DNA from: Octopus bimaculoides | Lineage: Eukaryota | Length of the DNA: 45,521 nt | Direction: 5' to 3' | NCBI RefSeq assembly: GCF_001194135.2 | Contig: NC_068991.1 | Location: 16,774,618 to 16,820,138, forward strand | The notes under the pieces: model-generated | The model's database searches: none | Told to the model about the DNA's origin: nothing | Seen by the model: only the letters and a program-made list of their open reading frames with translations | Program-made: the position numbers and the translations under genes | Shown here: positions 11,696 through 23,234 of the stretch, piece after piece | How the letters are laid out: the number at the start of each line of letters is the position of its first letter | Numbering within the stretch: the stretch's first letter is position 1

Positions 11696-12516
11696 TGAGG
11701 GGTACCCAAAACAAACCGGGATTTTGCAATATTATTTTATTCACGTAGTTTTACATGTTTACACTTTTATCGCCTTCAAAGTATTTTCCATTTGAAGCAA
11801 TGCATCGGTCCAGACGTGTTTTCCACTGTTCGAAGCAGTCCTGGAACTCTTACGAAGCGATGCCACTTAATGCCCGAGTCATTTTTTTTCTTCACCGCTT
11901 CCACATTTGCAAATTCCATAGCGCCAGCTTTCGTCACCAGTGATGACCTTCGAAAGAAGGTCCGGATTAATTTCTAACTGTCCTTTCAGTCGTGACTGCT
12001 TTTGATCTTCCGAGAAAAAGCGAGGCACAAGTTATGCTGCAACTCTCTTCATTTACAATTCCTCACTCAAAATTCGTTGGCAGGAGCTTCAGGACACACC
12101 AGTCATATCAACAAGTCCGTCAGTTGTTCGGTGACGGTCTTCCTAGAACAGTTCATGAATTTTCATGATGTTTTCATTTGTTCAGGAGGTTGACGGTCGT
12201 CCTGAACGAGGTTGGTCTTCAGGCAACAAGTGACCATTCCTAAAGCGTGAAAACCACTCGTAAACTTGTGTTTTGCTCATAGCAGCATCCCTGTAAGCTG
12301 TTTGAAGCATGAGAACTGTTTCGGCCGCCGTTTTCCCCAGTAGAAAACAGAATTTCACGGAAGCACGATGCTCCTTCGTTTCAGTCATCGCAAAAATCGA
12401 TGGTCGGCAGACTGATACCCGAGGGTCGCATCAAGTGGCTTCTAGCGGTGGGAGCCTGAACCACAACGGGTTTGTCCCACAGAGAACGTTTCCGGTTAAT
12501 TTTGGATACCCTCTCA
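11696..12516 (-). mobile_element. Internally deleted mariner (irritans-like) with both TIRs and TA TSDs
   Basis: TIRs tgaggggtacccaaaacaaaccgg and ccggttaattttggataccctctca, each flanked by TA. N-terminal HTH MTETKEHRASVKFCFLLGKTAAET...EWFSRFR...RSGRP (12388-12182). KVITGDESW is joined directly to the C-terminal EQWKTRLDRCIASNGKYFEG near 11914. Confidence 0.88.
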
Positions 12517-12539
12517 TATTAGATACTTAGATAACTTTC

Positions 12540-13610
12540 GCCAAATTTGGCTCAAGTCATGACTGACTTAATAGCACCACTTGAAAAAGACGTTTAATGA
12601 TGTTTCATGTTGCAATCATTCTTTGGGCACCACAGCCCATTAGAGTAAAGAGTTATTACTTGCAGAGATATATCCAGATGTAAGTGGTTTATCTAGAATT
12701 TGTTGGGGATATTCATCCAAGAACCGTTTGAACGTTAGATCTTTTTCTTCTCTTATGTATCTTGGCATGATGTTAAAGAGAGCAGGGCCAGTTTAGGTGA
12801 AACAGTTCTGTCTTAGTGTTGTGATGTAATGCGAATATGATTTTTGTTGAGGACGGATGGCAGGGTACTCAAGCTTCGAGTGAATTTTATAAAGTTGATG
12901 TCAACATTATTTGGGCAATGTCGTTGAAATATTTCCCACATCATCCAAATATTGCGTTCTCGGCAGATTTGGAGGGAATAAAGTTTGAACTTCTCGAGCC
13001 GTTGCCAATAATCAAGACCTATCATGTCTATTTTTTTGTGATTGATCTCTCGGTTGCTTCAATTTTTATATTTTGTTTCGTATAGAGAGACCACAGCGGG
13101 CAAGAGTATTCAGGGTGAGGACGGACGAAAGTAGAAAAGAAAAAGATAATAATAGGTGCGTCTCTAGACTGGAAAGTCATGAGGTTCCATGAGCACACCC
13201 TGCAGGCCATATCGACATTTTTGTTTATGTGGGCACTCTAGCTTAAGTTATTGTCGACAATTACTTCGAGGTCTCAAGCGATGTTTGGTGTCACGAAAAT
13301 TTCACTCGAGGGAAGAGCATACGGTAGCTTAAGTGCAACCTTTTTAACGTAGTGGGTTAATTAAAATTTACCCTCGTTGAGCTGTATATTGTGTTTCGCC
13401 GCCCTTTGAATTACAGCAAGCTGATGCGATTGGAGATTTTCCTGGCTCCTACCCTGTCGACGACTTTCAGAAGCTCATAGTCATGCGCGAAAATTCTAAC
13501 GCTGCTGTGGCTGATGACGTCAATAATATCATTAATGTAAATAAACAATACAGTACCTAAGTGGGATTTCACTGATAACTGTTGCTGAGCTTGATCGAAC
13601 ACCATCGATT
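12540..13610 (-). pseudogene. Degenerate CR1/L2-group LINE, RT 3' half
   Basis: LFIYINDI...SSVRIFAHD (YADD region), FVRPHPEYSCPLWS and GLDYWQRLEKFKLYSL in successive frames. Confidence 0.8.
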
Positions 13611-13689
13611 ACTACAAGCTGGGTTCTGTTCACCAGAAAACATTCGGTCCACTTTTATTGTTTCCCTCGGACTCCAATGTTGGATAGTT

Positions 13690-14442
13690 TCTTTAAAAGT
13701 TTGTCTACCTGGGTAGTACACTCAGCTGTTCTTGTTCCTTAGACGATAAAATATCTTTAAGGCTTAAGAAGGGCTCTTGTGTCTTGTGTCAGGTCCCAGC
13801 TTGGCATCACAAGGCGAACAAAAATTGCTGTGTACTGTGCATGTATACCGACGTCGCTTCTTTACTCCTGTGGGACACATACCCTTTATAGGCACCATGT
13901 AAGTGTCCTTGAACGCTTCCATCAAAGATGTCTGAATTTTGGCTGGTCCTTGCGGACTCCAGACACAAATCTTGAAGGGAGCCAATACCCTTAGCATTGA
14001 AGCCATGGCGCACAAGTACTGTTTACGTTGGACTGGACACCTTATTCGGATAAATGATCGGAGGTTCCCTAAGCAGACGCTATATCGAGAATTTGTTTGT
14101 GGAAACCAAGGCTACGATTTAAGGATTGTGTAAACTCCTAATTGAGTGCATTTGAAATATGGGCGGTTAATTGGGAAAGAAATGCTTGTCATCACCGCCA
14201 GTGGAGGAAACACGTAAAGGAGAGAGGATCTATTTTCGAAAAGACGTATTTTTCATGAAAAATTTAAGCGAGCTACTCCAAAACAACACATCATTAGTTC
14301 AGTAATTGGGGGACGCTTGGCAATATCTGCAGAAGCGTATGTTCATCGTGTGGGCTTATTAGTAACCGGCGGAGCCACAAGTGTAAAGTATTTCTTTGAG
14401 TGCATAATGTTCTTAATAGTCTATGATGGTCTTCCTCAGCCA
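13690..14442 (+). pseudogene. Degenerate RTE (BovB-like) LINE 3' portion
   Basis: FVYLGSTLS, TKIAVY...SLLYSC..TLYRHH..LERFHQRCL, SIEAM...LRWTGHLIRI.DRRFPKQTLY, and C-terminal ICRSVCSSCGLISNRRSH. Confidence 0.85.
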
Positions 14443-14700
14443 CGATTTACTGGAGCAGCGATGGAACGGATGGTGAAGCTGGCTTTTGCGACCGGTTTCC
14501 ACGACCATATCTCTGCATGATCGACAAATAACGGGTGTTGTCGCAAAGTGACACTCGCGACGTAGCGGTAACAGCAACGGCGGATACGAGCGAGACGACG
14601 AGGCAGCCAAACCAGCATCAAAGAGGAAAATTTTTCTCCTCACTTGCTGACGTGACGTCATTCCCCCCNNNNNNNNNNACCTTCCGGTTTTCCTTCCTCC
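14443..14700. promoter_or_regulatory. CpG-rich non-repeat segment with CRE and ETS motifs (candidate promoter)
   Basis: About 21 CpG in ~230 bp (manual count). TGACGTCA at 14653-14660; ACCGGAAG on the minus strand at about 14681-14688. A 10-N gap lies inside. Confidence 0.4.
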
Positions 14701-14775
14701 ACAAAAATATACACACGTGCTGTGAACAAAGGTCCAGTAATCAAAGAATATTATTCTATTCTGTAAAGGGTACGT

Positions 14776-15012
14776 GGAGACGCGTGACTTTCTGGTTAGA
14801 GTAACACACTCATGATCGTAAGATTGTGGTTTTGATTCCTGGACTGGATATGCGTTGTGTTCCTGAGTGAAACACTTCATTTTTGTCCACTCAGTTGGCA
14901 AAAATGAGTGAATCCTGCGACGGACCAGCGTCCTGTTCAAGGGGCGGGAAATATATACAGCACAGAATCCGGTAAACCGGCCTTATCAGCTTATGGCTCG
15001 GAAAGGACGTTT
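14776..15012 (+). mobile_element. SINE family B, diverged
   Basis: gtggagacgcgtg...catgatcgtaagattgtggttttgattcctggac...aaaaatgagt, aligned by eye to 645-892. Confidence 0.75.
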
Positions 15013-15489
15013 GATTCCACTTTTGACAAAGGATATGACAGCCGGAGCTTCCCTCTTGCAAGACAATATCTTACAGTGTATTTGCAGTATCACTACTGAT
15101 TTCAACATTTAGAATACTTGACTGGGGAAATACCCTGACGTCAACTGCAAACTTCCACAAAAATAGTGGTATTGATAGTCTCAACCTCAAAAGAAAAGAG
15201 GGATAAAGGGGCTTAAGATCAATACAGACAGCCTTTGAGAGCTGTATGATAGCACTGTGACAGCATCTGTCAAACAAGGACAGCGAAATAAAATATATAT
15301 ATAACAATTAAATGCTCACAATTAAAGTGAATTACATCCGGCAAATCAGCCGTGAACTCTTCAAGAAACACTCGTCTACTGGCAACGTCTCACGTGAACT
15401 CAAAAGTGCAGGACAAGCACATTTCAACAAAGATTCGAAAGGTTATGCATGGGCATGTTTCCTGTAAACATGAAGAAGATGGAAATATT

Positions 15490-15720
15490 GGTTTCAAATT
15501 TTGGCACAAGGCCAGCAAGTTCGGAGGATGGGGCAAATCAATTACATCGACCCAGTGCTCAACTGGTACTTGTTCTATCGACCCAGAAAGGATTAATCTT
15601 TTCTGGGTCGATAAAACAAAGCGGACTTCGGCAGAATTTGAACTGAGAACGTAAAGACGGATGAAATGCCGCTAAGCATTTTGCCTGGCGCGTTAACGAT
15701 TCTGTCAGCTCACCGCCTTA
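15490..15720 (-). mobile_element. tRNA-derived SINE, working family E
   Basis: Minus strand taaggcggtgagctgacagaatcgttaac...gttctcagttcaaattctgcc...gtcgatagaacaagtaccagttgagcactgggtcgatg. Confidence 0.8.
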
Positions 15721-16550
15721 CGAGAAAGATGAAAATATTAACATGATGTGTAGCCTTTCTTGGATTCGTGACCGTTACGTCACAACATACCCCGAAGGAT
15801 ACGCTTTTGCAATCCAAGAGTAAGAGATAGCTACGAAATATCTAATGAACAAATGAGACAGCAAAGCCTTTAAACTGCTAAGATGGGACTGCAAACGTCC
15901 ATCACGTGGCTCTACCGTGGAGGACATAACACATGTAACCAACAGCTTTTCAAAATGTCATCAAGGTACTACCTTCTACTGTGATATGTTAAAAATAATA
16001 TACAGTGTCATTCGCAGAAAAGGTTGTCTTGGAATAAATATAAACATCAACTCTTTTACTGAATACAGATATACAAATCAACACAAGGAATATTGGTGGA
16101 ACATTACTATCTAAACTTCTACCAAGTGCAAACATAATAATCCTGACATAGTTACTTGAGCCAAATAAGAAAATCTAATATAGTCGGAGAGAACAGTTGA
16201 CATACAACTATGAACAGCTAAAAGAATATTTATGGGTAACTACTTCGAAACCCGTAGCTCGTTATCTCTAGTTAGAAATTCACATATATACCAAAATAAT
16301 TTTAGTGCGTTTGGTTATGTTACTAGTAAATGTCTAAGTGACATTTAGGAAAAGCTGGGATTTTCAGGCAAAGAAAGAAACCAACTAACACGCACTTTAT
16401 AGCTACAATCTGTTAATGGATCAGTAAGAAATATGAAAAACTTTCCTAAAGTTCAATATGTAACAATTATCGTTGTTATTCAAATTCTAGTGACGGATCT
16501 TTTGTTTGTTTATCAGAAAGTATCTCCTTCCGTCTGGAGAGAATTCTAAG

Positions 16551-18114
16551 AATAATAACGGTTTGAAATTTTGGCAAAGAGCCAGCAGTTTGTAAGGATA
16601 GGGGAAAGTTGATTACATTGACCCCCGAAAAGATGAAAAGCAAATGCGACCGGGGTGGGGTGGGATTTGAACTCAGAAGTAAAGACGGACGAAATGCCGC
16701 ATTTTGTCCGGCGTGCTAACGATTCTGCCAGCTCGCCGTCTTAATAAGCCTTTCAACTACAGGCACAAGGCCTGAAATTTACGGAGTCGGGGTAGTGGAC
16801 TAGCCGATTGCATCGACCTCAGTGCTCAACTGGTACTTATTTTATCGACCCTGAAAAGATGAAAGGCAAAGTCGACCGTAGTGGCATTTGAAATCAGAAC
16901 GTGAAGGCGGACAAAATATGCTATGCATTTTGTCCGGTGTGTTATCGATTCTGCATGTTCCCCGCCGTAATAATAATCCTTTCTACTAAAGGCCTGAAAT
17001 TTGAGGGTAGGGGGATAGTTGATCACATCGACCCCAGTAATTGACTAGTATTTAATTGATCGACCCCGAAAGGATGAAAGGTAAAGTCGACTCCGGCGGT
17101 ATTTGAACTCAGAATGTAAAGACGGACGGAATGCCGGCTCTAAGCATTTCGCCCGGCGTGCTAACATTTCTGTCAGCTTGCAGCCTTAACAATAATCCAT
17201 TCTACTCAAGACACACAGCCTGAAATTTGGAAGGAGGGAATTAGTCAACTTCACTGACCCCAGTTATTCACTGGTACTTAATTTATCGACCCCGAATGGA
17301 TGAAAGGCAAAGCCGACCACGGTGGAATTTGAACTCAGAACGTAAAGACGGACGAAATGCCGCTCTAAGCATTTTGCTCAGCGTGCTAACGATTCTGTCA
17401 GCTTGACACCTTAACAATAATCCTTTCTACCATAGGCACAAGGCCTGAAACTTAAGGGGAGGGGGAAGTCAATTACATCGACCCCAGTGTTTCATTGGTA
17501 CTTAATTTATCGACCCCGAAAAGATGAAAGGCAAAGTCGACCTCGGTGGAATTTGAACTCAAAACGTAGCAACGGGCGAACTACCGCTAAACATTTGGTA
17601 AATTTTCAGATTAACACCCACACGATTTTCACTAGGGCGTTAGGGTTAGGGTTTTAGGGTCAGGGTTAGGGTTAGGGTTTAGTGTTATGGTTAGTGTTAG
17701 GGTTTGGGATGGAATTACCTAACCCTAACTCTAAAACCGTAAAAGTAACCGTAACCCTAACACCCTAGTGAAAATCGTGCGGGTGTTAATCTGAAAATTT
17801 ACCAAACATTTTGCCCGGCGTGCCAACGATTCTTCTATCTTGCCGCCTTGAAAAGAACGCAAAGAGGTTCCGGCGAGTTAATAATAAATAATAATAATGA
17901 TTTCAAATTTTGCCACAAGGGCAGTAATTTTGGAGGAAGGAATGAGTCGATTACATCGACCCCAGTGTTCAACTGATACTTATTTTATCAACCCCGAAAG
18001 GATGAGAGGTAAAATCGACCCCGGCGCAATTTGAACTCAGAACGTAGCGACGAGTAAAAAAACTGCTAAACATTTCGTCCGGCGCGCTAACGATTTTGCC
18101 AGCTTGCCGCCTTG
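16551..18114 (-). mobile_element. Head-to-tail array of six family E SINEs
   Basis: Units at about 16551-16743, 16744-16969, 16970-17188, 17189-17413, 17414-17850 (MITE-interrupted) and 17879-18114. All minus strand, joined through (ATT)n tails. Confidence 0.85.
17595..17805. mobile_element. MITE with 54-bp TIRs, 4-bp TSD (acat) and internal telomere-like repeats
   Basis: TIR ttggtaaattttcagattaacacccRcacgattttcactagggYgttagggtta (2 mismatches). acat at 17591-17594 and 17806-17809. Removing the element restores the SINE sequence gctaaacattttgccc. Confidence 0.9.
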
Positions 18115-19404
18115 AAAAGACCGACAAAAGGTTCCAGCGAATAATAATAATAATAAAAGTAAAATCGCATATAAGGGTGGTTACTAAACAGTAACTGAAC
18201 ATCAGACACAAATATTGTTTTATAGTTTTTAGTTTACCATTGCCACCCCCACCACTCAAGCACACCGTGGTAGAGTCGATGAAATAAATACCAGTAATTA
18301 TCTTCTGTGCGATTAGTTAATAAATAAAATGGTAGTATTAATTATATTTCGTTGTCCGTCCATTAAGTTGGCTACAAAAACCAGCACATGGTCAACTAAC
18401 GAGATGGGTGGGAGCCTTATTGTCCCTTTTCCCAAAGAAACTAGGGGAAGCTAGCAAGTAACCATCCAGCTTGTTTCAGATGCTTTTAAAATGACAGCGG
18501 AAAGGATATAGAACGAAAGGATTATAGAATCCAAAGAATTGTGTAAACTAAAACAAAACGAGGGTTAAAGACATCAAAAGGAAGCGAAGTAGAAGCTGAA
18601 ATATTAATTATGACTTTATGGAATTACGGTAAGGTGTCTTTCATAGATTCAACTTTTGGTGTTGTTTTACTCTAGGTCAATCTCGATCAGAAGAATTCCA
18701 TCCACGTTCATCCCACCTACTTAGGAATATCTAGACTTATTTTAACTAAACTATTGCAGTTTTTAATACGCTTGACTGTGATTTGAGAGAGATTTGGCTG
18801 TTATTTCTAGCAAATCGAACATTGCATGGAAACTCTCCCTCTATCTCACTCGTTGATTTGTTTTCCTTCCTGTATTTATTTAGTTAACACCGTCTGGTAT
18901 AAAGCGGCTATCCAAAATGTTTCTAATTCCACTGTTTGAATTAATTCTGTTTCTATTTCATTGTCTTTTGTTAAAACTTCCGTCAACAACTGTCAACGTT
19001 GTTCTACTTGTTTCGTTGTTCTCATATTAGTCCTGATCAAGCAGATTTAGGAATGTAAACATTCTGTTGTGATCACCACATCTTTCTTTTCTTTTAATTT
19101 TTTTTTATCAAACATAGTATTGTATCTAGAACTAGATCATTTAAACTCATTATTTAAACAATAGGATGAGATTTGAGGGTGATTTTGCTGTTATTTCTAG
19201 TATATAGAGAGACCATATAAAGGTTTCCTTGTTTCGACCGCTTACGTACACCATCTAAATATATTTTTGGCATTTCTCAGAAATTTCCTCGAATGATTGA
19301 CTTTAATTAATCTAAAAATGTTGTTACTATCGTATTTTTCTCTACTTTTCTAAATGTTATTTCCCAAATTTGCGACATTAAGACTAACAATAGCAAAGAA
19401 AAGG

Positions 19405-19600
19405 GTGCTTTCATGTGGTAATTCGACCCACTAGAAATAGCAGCCAAATCTCACTCGTCATACTCCACCGTCTTAAAAAGTGAGGGACTATATATCAGAT
19501 AATCTTTATTTCATTCACACTGCATATGAATAAGTATGGTCGAGTTTGGAACGTCACCGATCATAGTTCTGATCGGTCAGTGCTGGCCCTGGGTTATGGA
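19405..19600 (+). repeat. Unclassified dispersed repeat, working family I
   Basis: ctagaaatagcagccaaatctc...gatcatag.tctg..cg.tcag.gctg.cc.ggg. Opposite-strand copies at about 18655-18835 and 19020-19215. Confidence 0.6.
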
Positions 19601-21614
19601 CATTTGAAGAACAAATTGTTTCCTTATAGTACTTCTGAAATTATCTTTTCCTCTGTGTCGGATTAACTGATATAGTTATTCACTTTGGGGCCTCACAGCC
19701 TGTAGAGACCTCAGATTAATTAAAAGGTGCTTTTAGTTTTTGTGAGACTTTTAAGCCTGATTTTTAAAAAACTTGTAGCTTCCAAGTTTTATATAGCTTA
19801 GCGGGTGGAATATCCGTCACTACCACTTGGAGAAGGAAAAGGGAATGGAATTAGGGCGCAAAAAATATTTTAAAATTTGAAAAATTTTGAGAAAAAAAAA
19901 TCTTCTGGAATCCTAATCTTCGTTGTATGAAACACCAGAATGCTAAAAAAATCAAGGGGAAAAAAATTCCAATTCCTTAGCCTTATGCTTCTCCATGTGC
20001 TATTCATAGCTTTTCCGAAAGTCGGTTACTTAGGGCATTGATTTTCCCTTACGAACACCAATTTAATTACCTGAAAAGTCGTAATTGCTTCTATTCGCCA
20101 GTATAGAAAAATTTGCGCGTGTCTTATGAAGAAGATAAAGCGGCTAATGTTGATCATAGTCGGTTTCATGGGTGAGTTTATAAATTGGATATGTCGGCAT
20201 AACTACAGAGTTGTACCCCCACCCCGACTTTGGAAGGTCATAACTTTCAGAAAAATGAATATTTTTTTAATGAAATTTTGTAGTTATGCCGCTTTTAATA
20301 AAGNNNNNNNNNNNNNNNNNNNNNNNNNNNTATATATAGTATGTGCGTGTGTGTAGAGACGTGACAATAACAGGAAACTCGGAGTAACGATTGACTGAGG
20401 CCTCAGTCAGTCGTTATCGAATAAATTTTCTCATTTAGCCAGTCGTGCACACACTATTGTATGTGTATGTGTACCTCCCCTCACACATGTTTATGTGCGT
20501 GCGTGAATGTGTGCTGCGGGTGTGTGTGTGTATATATTTGTGTCTGTGTTTGGTGTGTTTTCAAAACAATCACTTTGTTGAAATTGAAATTTTGGTCGAT
20601 AATTCTGGAATTTTATTATAATTTAAATGAAGTGCAGTGATTTACTTATTTGTCATTTAAAAGAGCTTTATTTCTACTTATATAGTATTCTTTATTTCTA
20701 CTTATATATAGCATTCTAAACTAAATTCGTTACCGTCACACTCCTATGACCTAGTTAACTGGTCTCTGCGCATCAATGATTTTTAGACACGTACTATACT
20801 GCCCCACTTAACATCACCAAAAGTTCAACTTTCCGAAGTTGTTGTTGTTGTTTAGCTCTAGGTCTGTACCATTGATCCTGCACACTTAAGTGCGTCTGAG
20901 ACTGCATTATACAATTTGTTTTACCTTACCTTCTTTTTATTCATTTAGTAAGGCGTGATATGAGGAACATTTGTCTGCTCTCTCTAGCAGACCGTTAGCT
21001 TGATACCATTAGAATTCTTCTGATCTTTTCTGTCTGTTGCCCTTCTCTTTTACTCTTTTACTTGTTTCAGTGTTGCCATACTGGAGCACCGCCTTTAGTC
21101 GAGCAAATCGACCCCAGGACTCATTCTTTGAAAGCCTAGTACTTATTCTATCAATCTCTTTTGCTGAACCCTATTGCCGTAAAGCTCCTCTGCCGACGCG
21201 TTAACGATTATACCACTCTCCCAGCCGCAGAGCAACGTGAAATGAAACGGTTTGCTCAAGAACGCAACTTGCCGCCTCTGTCCGGAATCGAACTGAAGAT
21301 TCAGCGATCGCGAGTGCAACACTCTGACAACTTATACCACACACCTTCACACGTGTGCATTATATATTGCATAAGTATCGATTACGCTTTCCATGTTCCT
21401 ATATACTCAACACATTTGACATTTTCTTTCACGTCCTGCGGATGAATGATCTCAAGGATTTCATTATCCAATTTTAGCGTGATCTTATTTCATAATCAAT
21501 TCCTGTTCTACGTTGACAATTGCCTATCTTTCACAATCTAATCTAATGTAATTGTCACTGGTCCAAGAGAGGTAACTCTTACAGTAGTTGCTGACGTAAA
21601 TTTTTTAGTTTATT

Positions 21615-21800
21615 TTTGTTATTTAACCCCAGTTCAACACTGATCGATTTAGAAGACCTATGATCTGAGTCATTCCAGCCATGACCGTCCAGTATTTTTA
21701 GCAGGTTACAATATCAAATGTGTTTTGTTTCTATGTAAAATACAAAAGGTGTGATTTGAGGGAAATTTGGCTGTTATTTCTAGCAGCTTGAGTGACAGCG
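21615..21800 (-). repeat. Family I copy
   Basis: tttaacccc...gacctatgatc...cattccagccatgacc...gtgatttgagggaaatttggctgttatttctagcag. Confidence 0.65.
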
Positions 21801-21836
21801 ATTTGTTCCTCTACAGCAGTGCTCCGCAACCGGTTT

Positions 21837-22140
21837 GCGAAAACACCTAAAGCTCCACGAGGCTCCGGCAGGGGATGGTGGCGAACCCTGCTGTACTTTT
21901 CCACCACAACTTTCTCTCACTCTTTCTTCCTGTTTCTGTTGTGCCTGTAATTCAAAGGGTCAGCCTTGTCACACTGTGTGTCACGCTGAATATCCCCGAG
22001 AACTACGTTAAGGGTACACGTGTCTGTGGAGTGCTCAGCCACTTGCACGTTAATTTCACGAGCAGGCTGTTCCGTTGATCGGATCAACTGGAACCCTCGA
22101 CGTCGTAAGCGACGGAGTGCCAACAACAACAGCAACAGCA
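21837..22140 (+). mobile_element. SINE family A lacking the tRNA head
   Basis: Starts at gcgaaaacacctaaagctccacgagg and ends gacggagtgccaacaacaac. Confidence 0.85.
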
Positions 22141-22172
<32 letters not shown>

Positions 22173-22174
22173 AT

Positions 22175-22625
22175 ATATTTTGTTAGCGTGTTGGATAAAA
22201 CGCTTAGTAGCATCTCATTCGTCTCTATGTTCTGAGTTCAAATCCCACGGGCATTGACTTTGTCTTTCATCCTTACAGGATCGATAAATAAGTACCAGTT
22301 GAGCACTGGGGGCGATTTAATTGAATTAGCCCCTCCCACCAAAACTTCTGGCCTAGTGCCAAAATTTGAAACCATTATTATTATGATCATCATCATTATT
22401 ATAATCTATTATCTTTTATCTGGCAGAACTGTTAGCAAGCTTGGCGAAATGCTTAGCAGTATTTCATCTACTGCTACATTCTGAGTTCAAATTCTGCTAT
22501 GGTCAGCTTTGCCTTTCATCCTTCCGTGGTCGATTAAATAAGTACCAGTTATGCACCGGAGTCGATGTAATTGACTTACTTCCCCCCCCACTTCCAAATT
22601 TCAGACCTTACTGCTATTCTCATTA
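22175..22625 (+). mobile_element. Tandem pair of family E SINEs
   Basis: Two copies (about 22175-22380 and 22415-22625) with gttctgagttcaaat...gtcgat..aataagtaccagtt, separated by an (att/atc)n tail. Confidence 0.7.
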
Positions 22626-22856
22626 TTAAGGTGACTGGATTCCTGCTTGAGCTGCTTTCCTCCTCCTCCTCCTCCTTGAAGATGCAGTCAGTGTTCATTA
22701 CCCTTTGTCTGCAGTTTAGCATTTTCCCGCATCAGTTGTCATCTTGGAAGTTGATACCAGACAAAAGAAACTGAAGCACTCAGATACAGTTAAGGAAAAT
22801 GGCCAACTGGTAAAAGTATAAATTTCTTATCTATGCACGCATACACACACACACAT

Positions 22857-22891
<35 letters not shown>

Positions 22892-23234
22892 CACACTTGA
22901 AGGGGCATGTGTGGTTGTTATCCTCTATTGTTTACACCTGCTCCCTTGTATATGATAAATGTTATGGGTCTTGTCATTCTCTGTAAATCAACATGTTCTC
23001 TTCAATTTGATAGCATTAGGGATCTCACCATTCACTGTACATCACTATGCCCCCTTCACTGTGATGGCCTCTGATAATATAATCACCAACACACCCACGC
23101 ACGCACATGCACATGCACACACACACCCACTGCTATCATTAAACTAACTTCAGATGTGTTTATGTGTTTGTGTCTCTATATACTTGGATATGTCTGTGCT
23201 GTATGTATTGCATATACTTGCATTTGCCAGGGGT

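Noticed and set aside
17640-17765. Telomere-telomere fusion site
   Set aside because: The repeats are enclosed by TIRs and a TSD inside a SINE, so a transposon insertion explains them.
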